Made by a program: the position numbers and the translations under genes. A stretch of DNA of 64,000 bases from Chlorobiota bacterium. Its GTDB lineage: Bacteria; Bacteroidota; Ignavibacteria; Kapaibacteriales; NICIL-2. Within the stretch, counting starts at the first letter, position 1, and every line of letters begins with the position of its first letter. Below, one piece after another: positions 48,887 through 58,487 of this stretch. Below the pieces are notes generated by a model. That model did not search any database. It was not told where the DNA came from and saw only the letters and a list, made by a program, of their open reading frames with translations. The DNA is taken from contig JBGAVD010000002.1 of assembly GCA_044228285.1 (NCBI GenBank), forward strand, positions 225,653 to 289,652, given 5' to 3'.

Positions 48887-50156
48887 GGGTCTAGATTCTT
48901 CCAAAAATCGATCATCGACATTGCCGGTTCCAAAACTTCGATTTCCTCAGTTTAAAGCAATGCCCGGTTGGATTGACGTACCATTGATCGGCATCACAAA
49001 CAGAGAAGTAAAGTGGAGTTTTACAGGTGGTCCGTTCGGGTCTAATTTAAAGGCCTCCGACTACACCGATTCAGGTATACGTATAATCCAGTTGCAAAAT
49101 ATCGGAGATGGTATATTTCACGATGAATACCACGTCTATACATCGGTAGATAAAGCGGACGAGTTGCGAAGTTCTAATATCTATCCCGGCGAGATAATCA
49201 TGTCCAAAATGGGTGATCCAGTAGGACGCGCATGCTTTGTTCCTGTGGAAAGGGCAAGATATTTGATGTGCTCAGATGGTATTCGTGTGGTAGTTAACGA
49301 GTCTGAACACGATAAGTACTTCATTTACTCGCAAATCAACTCTCAGTCGTTTAGGAAAATCGTAGAAAGCAACGCCACAGGTTCAACTCGAAAACGCATC
49401 GGACTCGAGGAACTAAAAAAACTGTCTCTTGCGATACCTACTAAGGAGGAACAACAAAAAATCGCCCACTGCCTAAGTTCTCTGGACGAGCTGATAGCCG
49501 CCCAAGCCCGCAAAGTGGAGGCGCTCAAGAAACACAAAAAAGGTCTGATGCAACAGCTTTTCCCACGCGAAGGGGAGACAGTGCCGAGGTTGAGGTTTGA
49601 GGAGTTTAGGGGGAGTGGGGAGTGGGAGGTAAAATACTTGTTCAATGTATGTGATATGGGTGCCGGAAAGTTCGTTGCAGCTGCGGAGATATTCGAAATT
49701 TACGGTGCAGGTTGTTATCCGTGCTACGGCGGTAACGGTTTACGCGGGTATACTCAAACTTTCACCCACAGTGGTACATTCCCAATAGTTGGGCGTCAAG
49801 GAGCACTTTGTGGCAACGTTAAACTGGTTCAGGGCCATTTCCATGCTACAGAACATGCAGTAGTCGCAACTCCGAACTCAAATGTGGACGTCTATTGGTT
49901 GTATCACCAACTTGACAAAATGAACCTAAACAGGTATGCAACCGGGCAGGCGCAACCGGGCTTGTCAGTCGACACTATTGGAAAATTGCAGATCCGTGTA
50001 CCATATGCAATTGCGGAGCAGAGAAAAGTTGGCGAAACTCTTAATGCCATTGACGTTGCAATTTTCGAGTGCTCTCAAAAGATAGAATTATTTCATCGCT
50101 TTAAGAGCGGCTTGATGCAAGTCTTGTTCCCAAGTGCACCGATGGCAAAGGAGTAA
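48879..50156 (+). CDS. hsdS: Type I restriction-modification specificity subunit (HsdS), two target-recognition domains
   Basis: Two variable target-recognition domains separated by, and followed by, conserved coiled-coil repeats (LDELIAAQARKVEALKKHKKGLMQQLFP / IELFHRFKSGLMQVLFP). The ATG at 48879 overlaps the hsdR stop (ATGAGTAA). Confidence 0.9.
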   Translation: MSKGLDSSKNRSSTLPVPKLRFPQFKAMPGWIDVPLIGITNREVKWSFTGGPFGSNLKASDYTDSGIRIIQLQNIGDGIFHDEYHVYTSVDKADELRSSNIYPGEIIMSKMGDPVGRACFVPVERARYLMCSDGIRVVVNESEHDKYFIYSQINSQSFRKIVESNATGSTRKRIGLEELKKLSLAIPTKEEQQKIAHCLSSLDELIAAQARKVEALKKHKKGLMQQLFPREGETVPRLRFEEFRGSGEWEVKYLFNVCDMGAGKFVAAAEIFEIYGAGCYPCYGGNGLRGYTQTFTHSGTFPIVGRQGALCGNVKLVQGHFHATEHAVVATPNSNVDVYWLYHQLDKMNLNRYATGQAQPGLSVDTIGKLQIRVPYAIAEQRKVGETLNAIDVAIFECSQKIELFHRFKSGLMQVLFPSAPMAKE

Positions 50157-50195
50157 CTTACTTCCCAGTTGAACACGCCTCCACACAACAGCTTT

Positions 50196-51809
50196 ATGAC
50201 AGACACTAACCAAAAACAACTAGGCACAACTCTCTGGAAGATAGCCGATCAACTCCGCGGCGCCATGAACGCGGACGACTTCCGCGATTACATGCTGTCC
50301 TTCCTCTTCCTTCGCTACCTCTCCGACAACTACGAGACGGCGGCAAAGAAGGAACTGGGCAAGGACTACCCCTTGGTCGATGCAGATGAGCGCCGTGTGC
50401 CCCTAGCAAAGTGGTACGACGAAAATGCGAAGGACGTCGTCGAGTTCGAAAAACAGATGCGTCGCAAGGTGCATTATGTTATACAGCCGCTACACTTGTG
50501 GAACAGTATATCCAATCTGGCGCGTACGCAGGATGGTGAGCTGCTTCACACGCTCCAAGACGGCTTCAAGTACATTGAGACAGAGTCATTCGAGAGCACT
50601 TTCCAGGGGCTGTTCTCTGAGATCGACCTCAACTCTGCCAAGCTAGGGAAGAACTACACTGAACGCAACACCAAGCTTTGCGCCATCATCTCGGAAATTG
50701 CCAAAGGTCTGGCGGAATTCTCGACGGACATCGATGCGCTGGGCGATGCCTATGAGTACCTCATCGGACAATTCGCTGCCGGTTCCGGCAAGAAAGCGGG
50801 GGAATTCTATACGCCGCAGCAGATATCGGATATTTTGTCGGCCATTGTCACCCTCGATAGCCAAGAACCCAAAACCGGCACCAAGCAACGTCTGGAAAAC
50901 GTCCTCGACTTCGCCTGTGGCTCCGGCTCCTTGCTGCTCAACGTGCGCAAGCGCATGAAGAAGTCGGGCGGTACCATTGGCAAAATCTACGGTCAGGAAA
51001 AGAACATCACTACCTACAACCTCGCTCGCATGAACATGCTGCTGCATGGCGTGAAGGACAGCGAGTTTGAGATCTACCACGGCGATACTCTGCTCAATGA
51101 TTGGGACATGATGCGAGAGCTCAATCCTGCCAAAAAGCCTTCGTTCGACGCAATAGTGGCAAATCCACCCTTCAGTTACCGTTGGGATCCCAGCGAAAGC
51201 ATGGCAGATGATGTGCGTTTTAAGAGTCACGGAGTGGCCCCCAAATCCGCCGCTGACTTCGCCTTTTTGCTCCACGGTTTCCATTTCCTGAAGGATGAAG
51301 GCGTCATGGCCATCATTCTCCCGCACGGCGTCCTTTTCCGCGGCGGAGCCGAGGAACGCATCCGCACCAAGCTGCTCAAGGATGGTCATATTGATACCGT
51401 TATTGGTCTGCCTGCAAATCTATTCTACTCAACGGGGATTCCGGTTTGCATCCTTGTTCTCAAGAAGTGCAAGAAGTCTGACGACGTGTTGTTCATCAAT
51501 GCCGCCGAGCACTTCGAGAAAGGCAAACGTCAAAACCAGCTGAAGCCAGAACATATTGCCAAAATCGTAGACACCTATCAAAACCGCAGCGAAGAAGAAC
51601 GCTATGCTAAGCGCATATCCATGCAGCGTATTGAGGAAGAGGGGTACAACCTCAACATCTCACGCTATATCAGCACCGCCGTTGCCGAAGACGAGATCGA
51701 CTTAGCGGCTACGCATGTAGAGTTGGTGAAGATTGAGGCGGTGATTCAGGCGGCGAAGGGGAAGCACAATGCGTTTATGAGTGAGTTGGGGTTGGAGGAG
51801 TTGCCGTAG
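50196..51809 (+). CDS. hsdM: Type I restriction-modification N6-adenine DNA methyltransferase subunit (HsdM)
   Basis: HsdM N-terminal domain (LWKIADQLRG); SAM-binding motif I (LDFACGSGSLL); catalytic NPPF (IVANPPFSYRW). Start chosen at ATG 50196 by alignment to HsdM N-termini (the ORF tool used TTG 50169). Confidence 0.95.
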   Translation: MTDTNQKQLGTTLWKIADQLRGAMNADDFRDYMLSFLFLRYLSDNYETAAKKELGKDYPLVDADERRVPLAKWYDENAKDVVEFEKQMRRKVHYVIQPLHLWNSISNLARTQDGELLHTLQDGFKYIETESFESTFQGLFSEIDLNSAKLGKNYTERNTKLCAIISEIAKGLAEFSTDIDALGDAYEYLIGQFAAGSGKKAGEFYTPQQISDILSAIVTLDSQEPKTGTKQRLENVLDFACGSGSLLLNVRKRMKKSGGTIGKIYGQEKNITTYNLARMNMLLHGVKDSEFEIYHGDTLLNDWDMMRELNPAKKPSFDAIVANPPFSYRWDPSESMADDVRFKSHGVAPKSAADFAFLLHGFHFLKDEGVMAIILPHGVLFRGGAEERIRTKLLKDGHIDTVIGLPANLFYSTGIPVCILVLKKCKKSDDVLFINAAEHFEKGKRQNQLKPEHIAKIVDTYQNRSEEERYAKRISMQRIEEEGYNLNISRYISTAVAEDEIDLAATHVELVKIEAVIQAAKGKHNAFMSELGLEELP

Positions 51810-52242
51810 CCAATATGAGGCGTTAAGTGTTTTCGCAAATGATTAACTTGCTAATCGATCAACTATACAAAGATCATACTCTCAATAATGAAGCTTTGAC
51901 TGTTTAAGGAGTTATATATCGCTTCGCAACTGTTGTCATTGTATCCGATTGTTGCTCTGACTTAATTCGTGTCATTCGGTAGTATAGCATTTATAAAATG
52001 ACAACCGCTATGAGATAAAAGTCAGGGAGAATTCGTAGGACAGACACTGATGCCACAGTATGCCTAATGATTGGCAATCTAAGTATTAAATCGTGCATTT
52101 ATGTGACACATGAGTTGGTGATAGTATTAGTAGCTAGATTAGTTAAGTGCGGGAAATTATAGGGACTCAGCGCATGTACAATTTCATTAAGCCAAGTCGT
52201 AGTAATTTGCTTGCAGCAAATGGAGGTGTCGATAGCATAATA

Positions 52243-52419
52243 TATCACTAGTGTCCCGTTGTTTTAATACCACTGCGCCTGAAACTGTTGCCAGATCTTG
52301 CTTGCAGAGCTTTTTGGAAGCGCCACGATTTGAAATCTACGGTCTGACAAATGTGCCTCATTTGGCTTAGAATCGACGTTTTTTTATTCGTGTTTTAAAA
52401 CTGCGGGACACTAGTGATA
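52243..52419. repeat. 16-bp perfect inverted repeat pair (extends to ~24 bp with 2 mismatches) flanking ~145 bp; MITE-like element or long hairpin
   Basis: tatcactagtgtcccg at 52243-52258 and cgggacactagtgata at 52404-52419 are exact reverse complements. The adjoining ttgtttta / taaaactg extend the match. Confidence 0.6.
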
Positions 52420-52643
52420 ATGTATTGTAAATGACAATAAATGTTGGTCACCGGGTGTGTTACGGTCTAGAAACGTCGTATCGGGATTGTTAGATAGGCT
52501 AACACTTGAGAATGCCTTTACCCATGGCTTGTTGCTTTCATCACTTTTAATGAATCTAAATTACAATCCATTTAATTCATTTTTAATTGAAAATAGATCG
52601 TTTTTGTCTAAAAGAAGAGTATGTCAATCTATATAAAAATACG

Positions 52644-53867
52644 ATGAGTTGCATAATAATTTTAGGCGCTGGTGCGTCGATTCCTTTTTACAGTCCGAAG
52701 CTTACGACTGATTATTTGACTAAGGTCGTGTTAGATACGACCAAGTGGAATGATATTGTCATTAGATATAACAATTCAATCCCGGCACATGCTACCGGCG
52801 TCGACGTTTCTGTTGTGCAGCAGGTATTCCATAATGTTTCCACTGCACATCGTGACTATAACTTTGAACAGATATTAGAAATTGTCGATAAAATTAGTTC
52901 GTTTAGTATTGATCCGTACTCAGATTCGAAAGTACTACATGGGATTTTGCAATATTATAAAGCTCAGGTGTCTGTAAGCTCAGAACACGCATGGGATTGC
53001 GTTCCATTTCTCGCACGACAGATAATAGCAGAAGAGGTGTCTTCTTTGCATATGACGTGTAAGTCTTATGACTATACACGATTGACTCAATTGCAGGAGC
53101 AATTTTTAGCTTCTATTTGTGATGAAGGAGCGGTGAACATATTTACGCTTAATTACGACGAAATAATATTTGACGCCGTCGCTAAATTGGGATTCCAGTT
53201 GGGTTTTGACAGCAATGATCGCTTTGATATCCGTTCATTTATTGCCGCTGATAGAAGTATTTCATTTCCGCACGGTCATTCAAGGTTCAGTTATGATGAC
53301 TACGGTATGTTATATCATCATGGCAGCGAGGATGCAAATAAGTATAGATTAAGTCATATTGGATTAAGTAATATGTCGGAAACCAAGTACTTAACCGACA
53401 GTGCATACTCATATTCGTTCAACACTTTTATTTCAACAGGGCAACAGAAAGAGCCTACATTTGATGTTAATCCATTTGCTGCATATTATCAAAAATTTGC
53501 AAGTGATTGTTTAAAATCGAATAAAATAATTGTCGTCGGATATTCTTTTTCGGATTCGCATTTCAACAGGATGTTGTTGAACTATTTGAGCATTTCGTCT
53601 TCAAACAAAGTAATAATAATAGATTATATTCCTCAAGCTATCGACATACAAGCGGAGTTTGTAACATCAGGCAGTTTTATTAATAGAATGTTCAATCAGT
53701 TGGGAGTGAATTCGATTCCAATGGATGGACTAACGCATAAATATAAATATTATCAGGCTGAGCATGAGTTAAATATGGATGGATATGCAGAGATTTTGCC
53801 GCAAATAGTATTATACAAGAAGGGATACGATGCATATTTGAACGAGTTTAACTCAATTAAGGTGTGA
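52644..53867 (+). CDS. Stand-alone SIR2_2-family (ThsA/DSR-type SIR2-like) protein, putative NAD+-depleting defence effector
   Basis: Begins IIILGAGAS (Rossmann GAGxS). The family motifs TLNYD, HHGS and VVGYSFSDSHF are present in the expected order. Very AT-rich gene preceded by a 780-bp AT-rich spacer. Confidence 0.65.
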   Translation: MSCIIILGAGASIPFYSPKLTTDYLTKVVLDTTKWNDIVIRYNNSIPAHATGVDVSVVQQVFHNVSTAHRDYNFEQILEIVDKISSFSIDPYSDSKVLHGILQYYKAQVSVSSEHAWDCVPFLARQIIAEEVSSLHMTCKSYDYTRLTQLQEQFLASICDEGAVNIFTLNYDEIIFDAVAKLGFQLGFDSNDRFDIRSFIAADRSISFPHGHSRFSYDDYGMLYHHGSEDANKYRLSHIGLSNMSETKYLTDSAYSYSFNTFISTGQQKEPTFDVNPFAAYYQKFASDCLKSNKIIVVGYSFSDSHFNRMLLNYLSISSSNKVIIIDYIPQAIDIQAEFVTSGSFINRMFNQLGVNSIPMDGLTHKYKYYQAEHELNMDGYAEILPQIVLYKKGYDAYLNEFNSIKV

Positions 53868-54342
53868 TGACCTACTGCCTTATAATAATATGTGACCCAA
53901 GTTTAGATAAAGTGATAGGTTATATGGTTGCATTTATGACGCCATTTCTTTGGTCATTTTCTGTGCTGGTTTCAGTGTCAGTATTCGGACTTTTGGAAGC
54001 TCTCATGTTACCATTGATAAGTATGACCTTCCCCCATTGACAGCCACACGAAGTTAAGCTCTTGACGCCGTAGATTTGTTCAACTACAGTGCGGACTACA
54101 AATACGAGCAAGAATGCAGCAAGGCGCTTTTCTCTGCTATGGAGCCTACGAGACGTGTTACACAAACACGTGCACAAGACGCGTTCCCCAGTACCGGAGC
54201 TCGGAGTGAATTTGAAGTACGGATTCTCAGATTCGGAGGCATGTCCGCTGCTTTTAAGTAACACTAAAGAGTAACTTGATGTTCATAGCAGACGCCGAAG
54301 GCGGATGCATGAAGATAAATCTCTTGTTGGTCAGCGAAGGCA

Positions 54343-56373
54343 CTAGTCATCGCTTTCCTCAAAGGCACCCAAGACGTTATGGCGTGGGTTTTGTGGCCGG
54401 TATAGAAATTGTCCCGGATTAATATGTGCGGGGATGACATTGCTATAGATGCGAGTGCTTTGTACCTGACCTGGACTTTCTTTGTAATCTACCACAGCGC
54501 GAATTTTTGTTGAGAGTACACCGCCGTATAATGGTGCTTCGAATTCTACGAGGCGGTGGGGATCCAATGTTCGCTGCTTGTGAGCGTTTCCGCAAAGGTA
54601 GCTGTTGAATGTAAGACGCTCAATGTCTGCCCATTGTCCATCTTCGTTGATTGCTTGGAAAATCAGGGTAAAGCAATCTAACCACGAGTCGAATACAAGG
54701 CTTATGGCAGAGTCATTCACAAGGAGGAGTTTGAATCCTTTGTAATGTCGTTGCCAGGCAGCAGGCTGAATTGGCAGAAGAAGAATACTGGGCACTGATG
54801 GCCTGTATGCAAGCTTACCGTATAAGTGTTCTCTCTGCGGTACACGCTGCAGTGTAACAGAACTGTCGATGTCCACACTTCTGCGTCTTGATACAGAGTA
54901 GCAGGTGTTGTTCATATAGTCTATGTTCAGCTGTTTTCTACCGTCGCAAGAATCCACTAACTTTTCGCGCCACACGATGCGACCCTGGCAATCGATGTAA
55001 CAGAGAGTATCGCCAATACTAGCGGCGAGCGGAAAGCTGAGTTGTGGTCGGAGGTTTATGTCTTCGAATATCGGAGCGATGAACTGTCCACTCATGACAT
55101 TAAGTAAACCATAGTATTGATGGTTGCCACTATCGTTACCGTTGGTATACACTAAGAAACTGAGATAATCACCGTGGCGCCGGTAAACACTTGGTGAGAG
55201 AGAAGTGTAGTATAGGTTGCGGGGACTACGGACATTTCCTAGGGTATCAATCGCAAACCATTCATTATTGTGTTGTACGAACGCGATTCCTTGTAGGAAG
55301 GGCCCGTCTTCAGGGCACCTAGAGAACTGAGATAAAGCAATATCGCTGTAGCTGTCCTTGCCAATTTTGTGCCCACGCAGGTCGCGAAGGGTCCATGCTC
55401 CAGAAGTGTCCTTCGTAAAGAACCTACCACAACTACACGGGCTGATCTTCTCCCACTCTGTAGCCGAGCACAGTAAGTCGCCACTTTTTCCTATGATGCC
55501 TAAAGCCTCTTGTTGTGGTTTATAGCCATTACTAGTAGTTTTATAAGAGTACGTTTTGCGGATAGTGCAGTCTATAAGACCGTCGTTGAGGGACTCTCGA
55601 TCAAGCGCTACTTCCAGATCGCAATCTCCTCTGAAATGGAAGCACTCATATCCTGTAGAGTCGAGAACAACACTTGACCTTTGGTCATGACAAGAATCTT
55701 GAACGAAGCTTCGATAGGGGGCAGGAGTAGCAGAGGCATAGCCACTGTGAAACGTACCGATGAAACTGTAGAGTCCGAACGGAACGATAAAGCGTCCACT
55801 CGAGTCAATAATTGCCCATCTGGCTCGATCAAAGTCAGAGTGGTGCGGTTTTGTTGAGTCGAGAAACATACTACAGACGACGAAAAGACCTCTCTGGTTG
55901 TTTCGGATATAGCTAAAACAGGTATCCGTCAGAGCTCTGCCTTGCCGATTAACGATGCAGTAGCGGTCTGACTTTGTTCGAGCAATTGCACAGCCATGTA
56001 CGCCAAATGGCATTAGTTCTGCGAAGTTGTGCTGAAAGAGAATCTTGGCTTTGGTGTCGATGAAAAAGGGTTTGGAGGCGATATATACCTTGGCAATGCC
56101 GTGATCAAATGCTTCGGCAAAGTCGTAGCGGGCAGCAATGACGAGACGCCCATTCTCATCGATATATCCATAGCGTCCCCCAACACGCACAGCGGCTAAG
56201 CCCTCGCGAAAGGTCGAGGCACTATAGTACTTAGGATGTATAACGAGCTTCGCTGTGGAATCCATATAGCCCCACTTACCATTCTCGCGAATAGGAAAGA
56301 GTCTTGCATGTTGTCCGGAAATAGCGACCCCGCTGCTGATCAGTATTGCGGCGAAGATTAGTGCATGGCGCAT
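54343..56373 (-). CDS. WG-repeat (KWG / WG_beta_rep) containing secreted protein
   Basis: Signal peptide; repeated ...GKWGYMDSTAKLVIHPKY..., ...GRYGYIDENGRLVIAARYDF... units. Confidence 0.6.
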   Translation of the reverse strand: MRHALIFAAILISSGVAISGQHARLFPIRENGKWGYMDSTAKLVIHPKYYSASTFREGLAAVRVGGRYGYIDENGRLVIAARYDFAEAFDHGIAKVYIASKPFFIDTKAKILFQHNFAELMPFGVHGCAIARTKSDRYCIVNRQGRALTDTCFSYIRNNQRGLFVVCSMFLDSTKPHHSDFDRARWAIIDSSGRFIVPFGLYSFIGTFHSGYASATPAPYRSFVQDSCHDQRSSVVLDSTGYECFHFRGDCDLEVALDRESLNDGLIDCTIRKTYSYKTTSNGYKPQQEALGIIGKSGDLLCSATEWEKISPCSCGRFFTKDTSGAWTLRDLRGHKIGKDSYSDIALSQFSRCPEDGPFLQGIAFVQHNNEWFAIDTLGNVRSPRNLYYTSLSPSVYRRHGDYLSFLVYTNGNDSGNHQYYGLLNVMSGQFIAPIFEDINLRPQLSFPLAASIGDTLCYIDCQGRIVWREKLVDSCDGRKQLNIDYMNNTCYSVSRRRSVDIDSSVTLQRVPQREHLYGKLAYRPSVPSILLLPIQPAAWQRHYKGFKLLLVNDSAISLVFDSWLDCFTLIFQAINEDGQWADIERLTFNSYLCGNAHKQRTLDPHRLVEFEAPLYGGVLSTKIRAVVDYKESPGQVQSTRIYSNVIPAHINPGQFLYRPQNPRHNVLGAFEESDD

Positions 56374-56831
56374 TCTTGGTGCCTAGAGATATTATTTTCA
56401 ACAAAAAAACTCTTTGAAAAGCCTCTGGTCAAAAGACGTTGCGGTTCCATGATTGGTTACACTCGAGGACAGGCGTTGCGTAATAGATTTGGGAGGAGTG
56501 ATTGCAAAGAGTGGGCGTGATGGCTTGGCAGACCTCCAGCCGAAGGTGCACCGGACATCAGGAACAAGTAAATGTCTTAGGCTCGTAATCCATTTTGTTT
56601 GTGTGGTCGATTGATGAGAATACACCATCTTTGCAATGATGTTGTCTTGATACACCAGCTTCAGCGACTGACCGTGAATCCAAAATGTCCTCGATCTTTT
56701 GTATTCCGCGAGTGCGCTTTAAGTGAGGATTGCTTTCGGCGTTGATACTACCGGCACAACGTGAACTTCGCGGTAGACGGACTGGGAAACGGTCAGATCA
56801 CTTTCACAACTACTCCATCTTGATATAATGC

Positions 56832-58079
56832 ATGAAGAGTCTAGCTGTGGTCTTCGTCGTATTGGTATACGCAACAAATTGTCTGGCGGCCATGACAAAA
56901 AGCGGTGTGCCCGAGTTAAAAGTCTGGTATGAGCTGGTGAATCAACCATTTGGGTCCGCAATGTCTTTCTTAGCAGGTTTTGACACGAGCCATACTCGCA
57001 GCGCATTAGCGATTGCAGGAAATCCTGCAACTCAAACGTTTACCTGGTATAACAAACATCCATATGATACTTCTGACAGATTCCGTTGGATTGATAGCGC
57101 TCGCGGCCTCATCATTCCTGTAGACTTAAACGGTGATGGCGTTACTGACTATTATGATGGCTCAGGAAACGTATACAGAGGATTGTACAATGGTCGCCCA
57201 CCTCAAAACACGCCCCAGCTCGTTGGACCAGCTTTCGTCCTACGTCCTTTTTTGGGTGACTATGATGGCGATGGTATTTCCGATCTATTGTTTCCGATAA
57301 CCGATGTACTGCAACCACGCAGCTACAAGAATCATATCGGGAAACTGGTATTAGGCAATGCAAACCTAGATTCAGTTCGAACAATTGACATGCCCGTAGT
57401 AGATGACGATTTCCAGCAGCTAGTGGGCGCGTTTGTTGCGAGTGATGGTACACCCAGAATTTTAGCACTTGTATACTATCCAATTTTCAAGGAAGGCGGC
57501 ATCGCCTTGTATAAGCTATTAATCTCAAAAGTTTCTGGAGAGTATGTCGCTAAATACAAAATCATTGATGCGTATTTGAGTCATTTTGCAAAGGTCGATG
57601 AAATGTATGGCCCGGCGAAACTGATATACTCTAGTGACGTGAAAGAACACACCTTTGCATGGCACAAGAGCGTTTTTTCTCTGGAAACTGACAAATTGAT
57701 ACATATTCGAACTTTATCCTCATATGGTGGAATCGGGCGAATCTTGCGAAACAGCTGCGCTGCCGATAGTATACTCTATGAGTTTGTCATACAGGAACCT
57801 GATAGTTTGGGAAATCTAGCACTATGGCTCGCAATTGTAAAGGGCAATCCCCGTTTGGAGATAACACCATTTGCTAAAGTGCCGTTTGGTTGGAAGGAGA
57901 AGAATGACGGCGGCCTAACTCTGGATGAAGAATGCATGATTGGAGATGTCAACGGCGATGGAGTTGAGGATTACGCTTTTCATTACTACGGAATGGATGA
58001 CTTTCGAAGCTTGTCGCGTCTCAGGTTATGTCTAGGAAGAGTTGAAATTAGTGGAGTGAGTGCGACTGGCGAACAATAG
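56832..58079 (+). CDS. FG-GAP/VCBS-like repeat protein (body of a T9SS cargo; C-terminal domain separated by an in-frame TAG)
   Basis: Signal peptide; Ca-binding-like DxNGDGxxD loops (DLNGDGVTDYYD, DYDGDGISDLLF, DVNGDGVEDYAF). Confidence 0.55.
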   Translation: MKSLAVVFVVLVYATNCLAAMTKSGVPELKVWYELVNQPFGSAMSFLAGFDTSHTRSALAIAGNPATQTFTWYNKHPYDTSDRFRWIDSARGLIIPVDLNGDGVTDYYDGSGNVYRGLYNGRPPQNTPQLVGPAFVLRPFLGDYDGDGISDLLFPITDVLQPRSYKNHIGKLVLGNANLDSVRTIDMPVVDDDFQQLVGAFVASDGTPRILALVYYPIFKEGGIALYKLLISKVSGEYVAKYKIIDAYLSHFAKVDEMYGPAKLIYSSDVKEHTFAWHKSVFSLETDKLIHIRTLSSYGGIGRILRNSCAADSILYEFVIQEPDSLGNLALWLAIVKGNPRLEITPFAKVPFGWKEKNDGGLTLDEECMIGDVNGDGVEDYAFHYYGMDDFRSLSRLRLCLGRVEISGVSATGEQ

Positions 58080-58340
58080 CATACGTTTGAGTTGTACCCG
58101 AACAGACTCAGTCAATATGAAGCTTTGCAACTCGCTTACAACGGAAGTTCTGATTGTTATGCTCAGGTTGACCTGTTTGATATTTCAGGCGGACAGTTAG
58201 CGACGTTGTATAGTGGTAAGTTTCAACCAAGTACTACGATAGGCGTTCTTCTTTCGCGTTTTCACCTTGTCAACGGCGTGTACACAGTGCGGGTGGGCTA
58301 TGGAAACAAGATATTCAACAAGACGATTCTCATCTACTAG
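58080..58340 (+). pseudogene. Detached T9SS C-terminal sorting domain in the same frame as the FG-GAP gene, separated by an in-frame TAG (58077-58079)
   Basis: Reading through the TAG gives ...SATGEQ*HTFELYPNRLSQYEALQLAYNGSSDCYAQVDLFDISGGQLATLYSGKFQPSTTIGVLLSRFHLVNGVYTVRVGYGNKIFNKTILIY, a canonical T9SS C-terminal domain. 56832 and 58092 are both 0 mod 3. Confidence 0.6.
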
Positions 58341-58440
58341 TCGCATCATCAACGCAGGTGGAACTTCAGATATCTCCATCATCTCGCCATGACTCAATAC
58401 CAAGTGCATGACGTTGCCCAGAATAGTCTCACATGTAAAC

Positions 58441-58471
58441 AAAAAACCCGCAGCACGATTCATGCAGCGGG
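58441..58471 (-). terminator. Rho-independent terminator downstream of tRNA-Lys
   Basis: Hairpin cccgc-a-gca-[cgattca]-tgc-a-gcggg at 58447-58471, followed on the minus strand by a TTTTTT run (58446-58441). Confidence 0.7.
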
Positions 58472-58487
58472 TTTTGGAAACTGGTTG

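Noticed and set aside
58077-58079. In-frame TAG considered as evidence of stop-codon reassignment
   Set aside because: TAG clearly terminates several well-conserved genes in the window at their expected ends (hsdM, the BNR gene), so genome-wide TAG recoding is unsupported.
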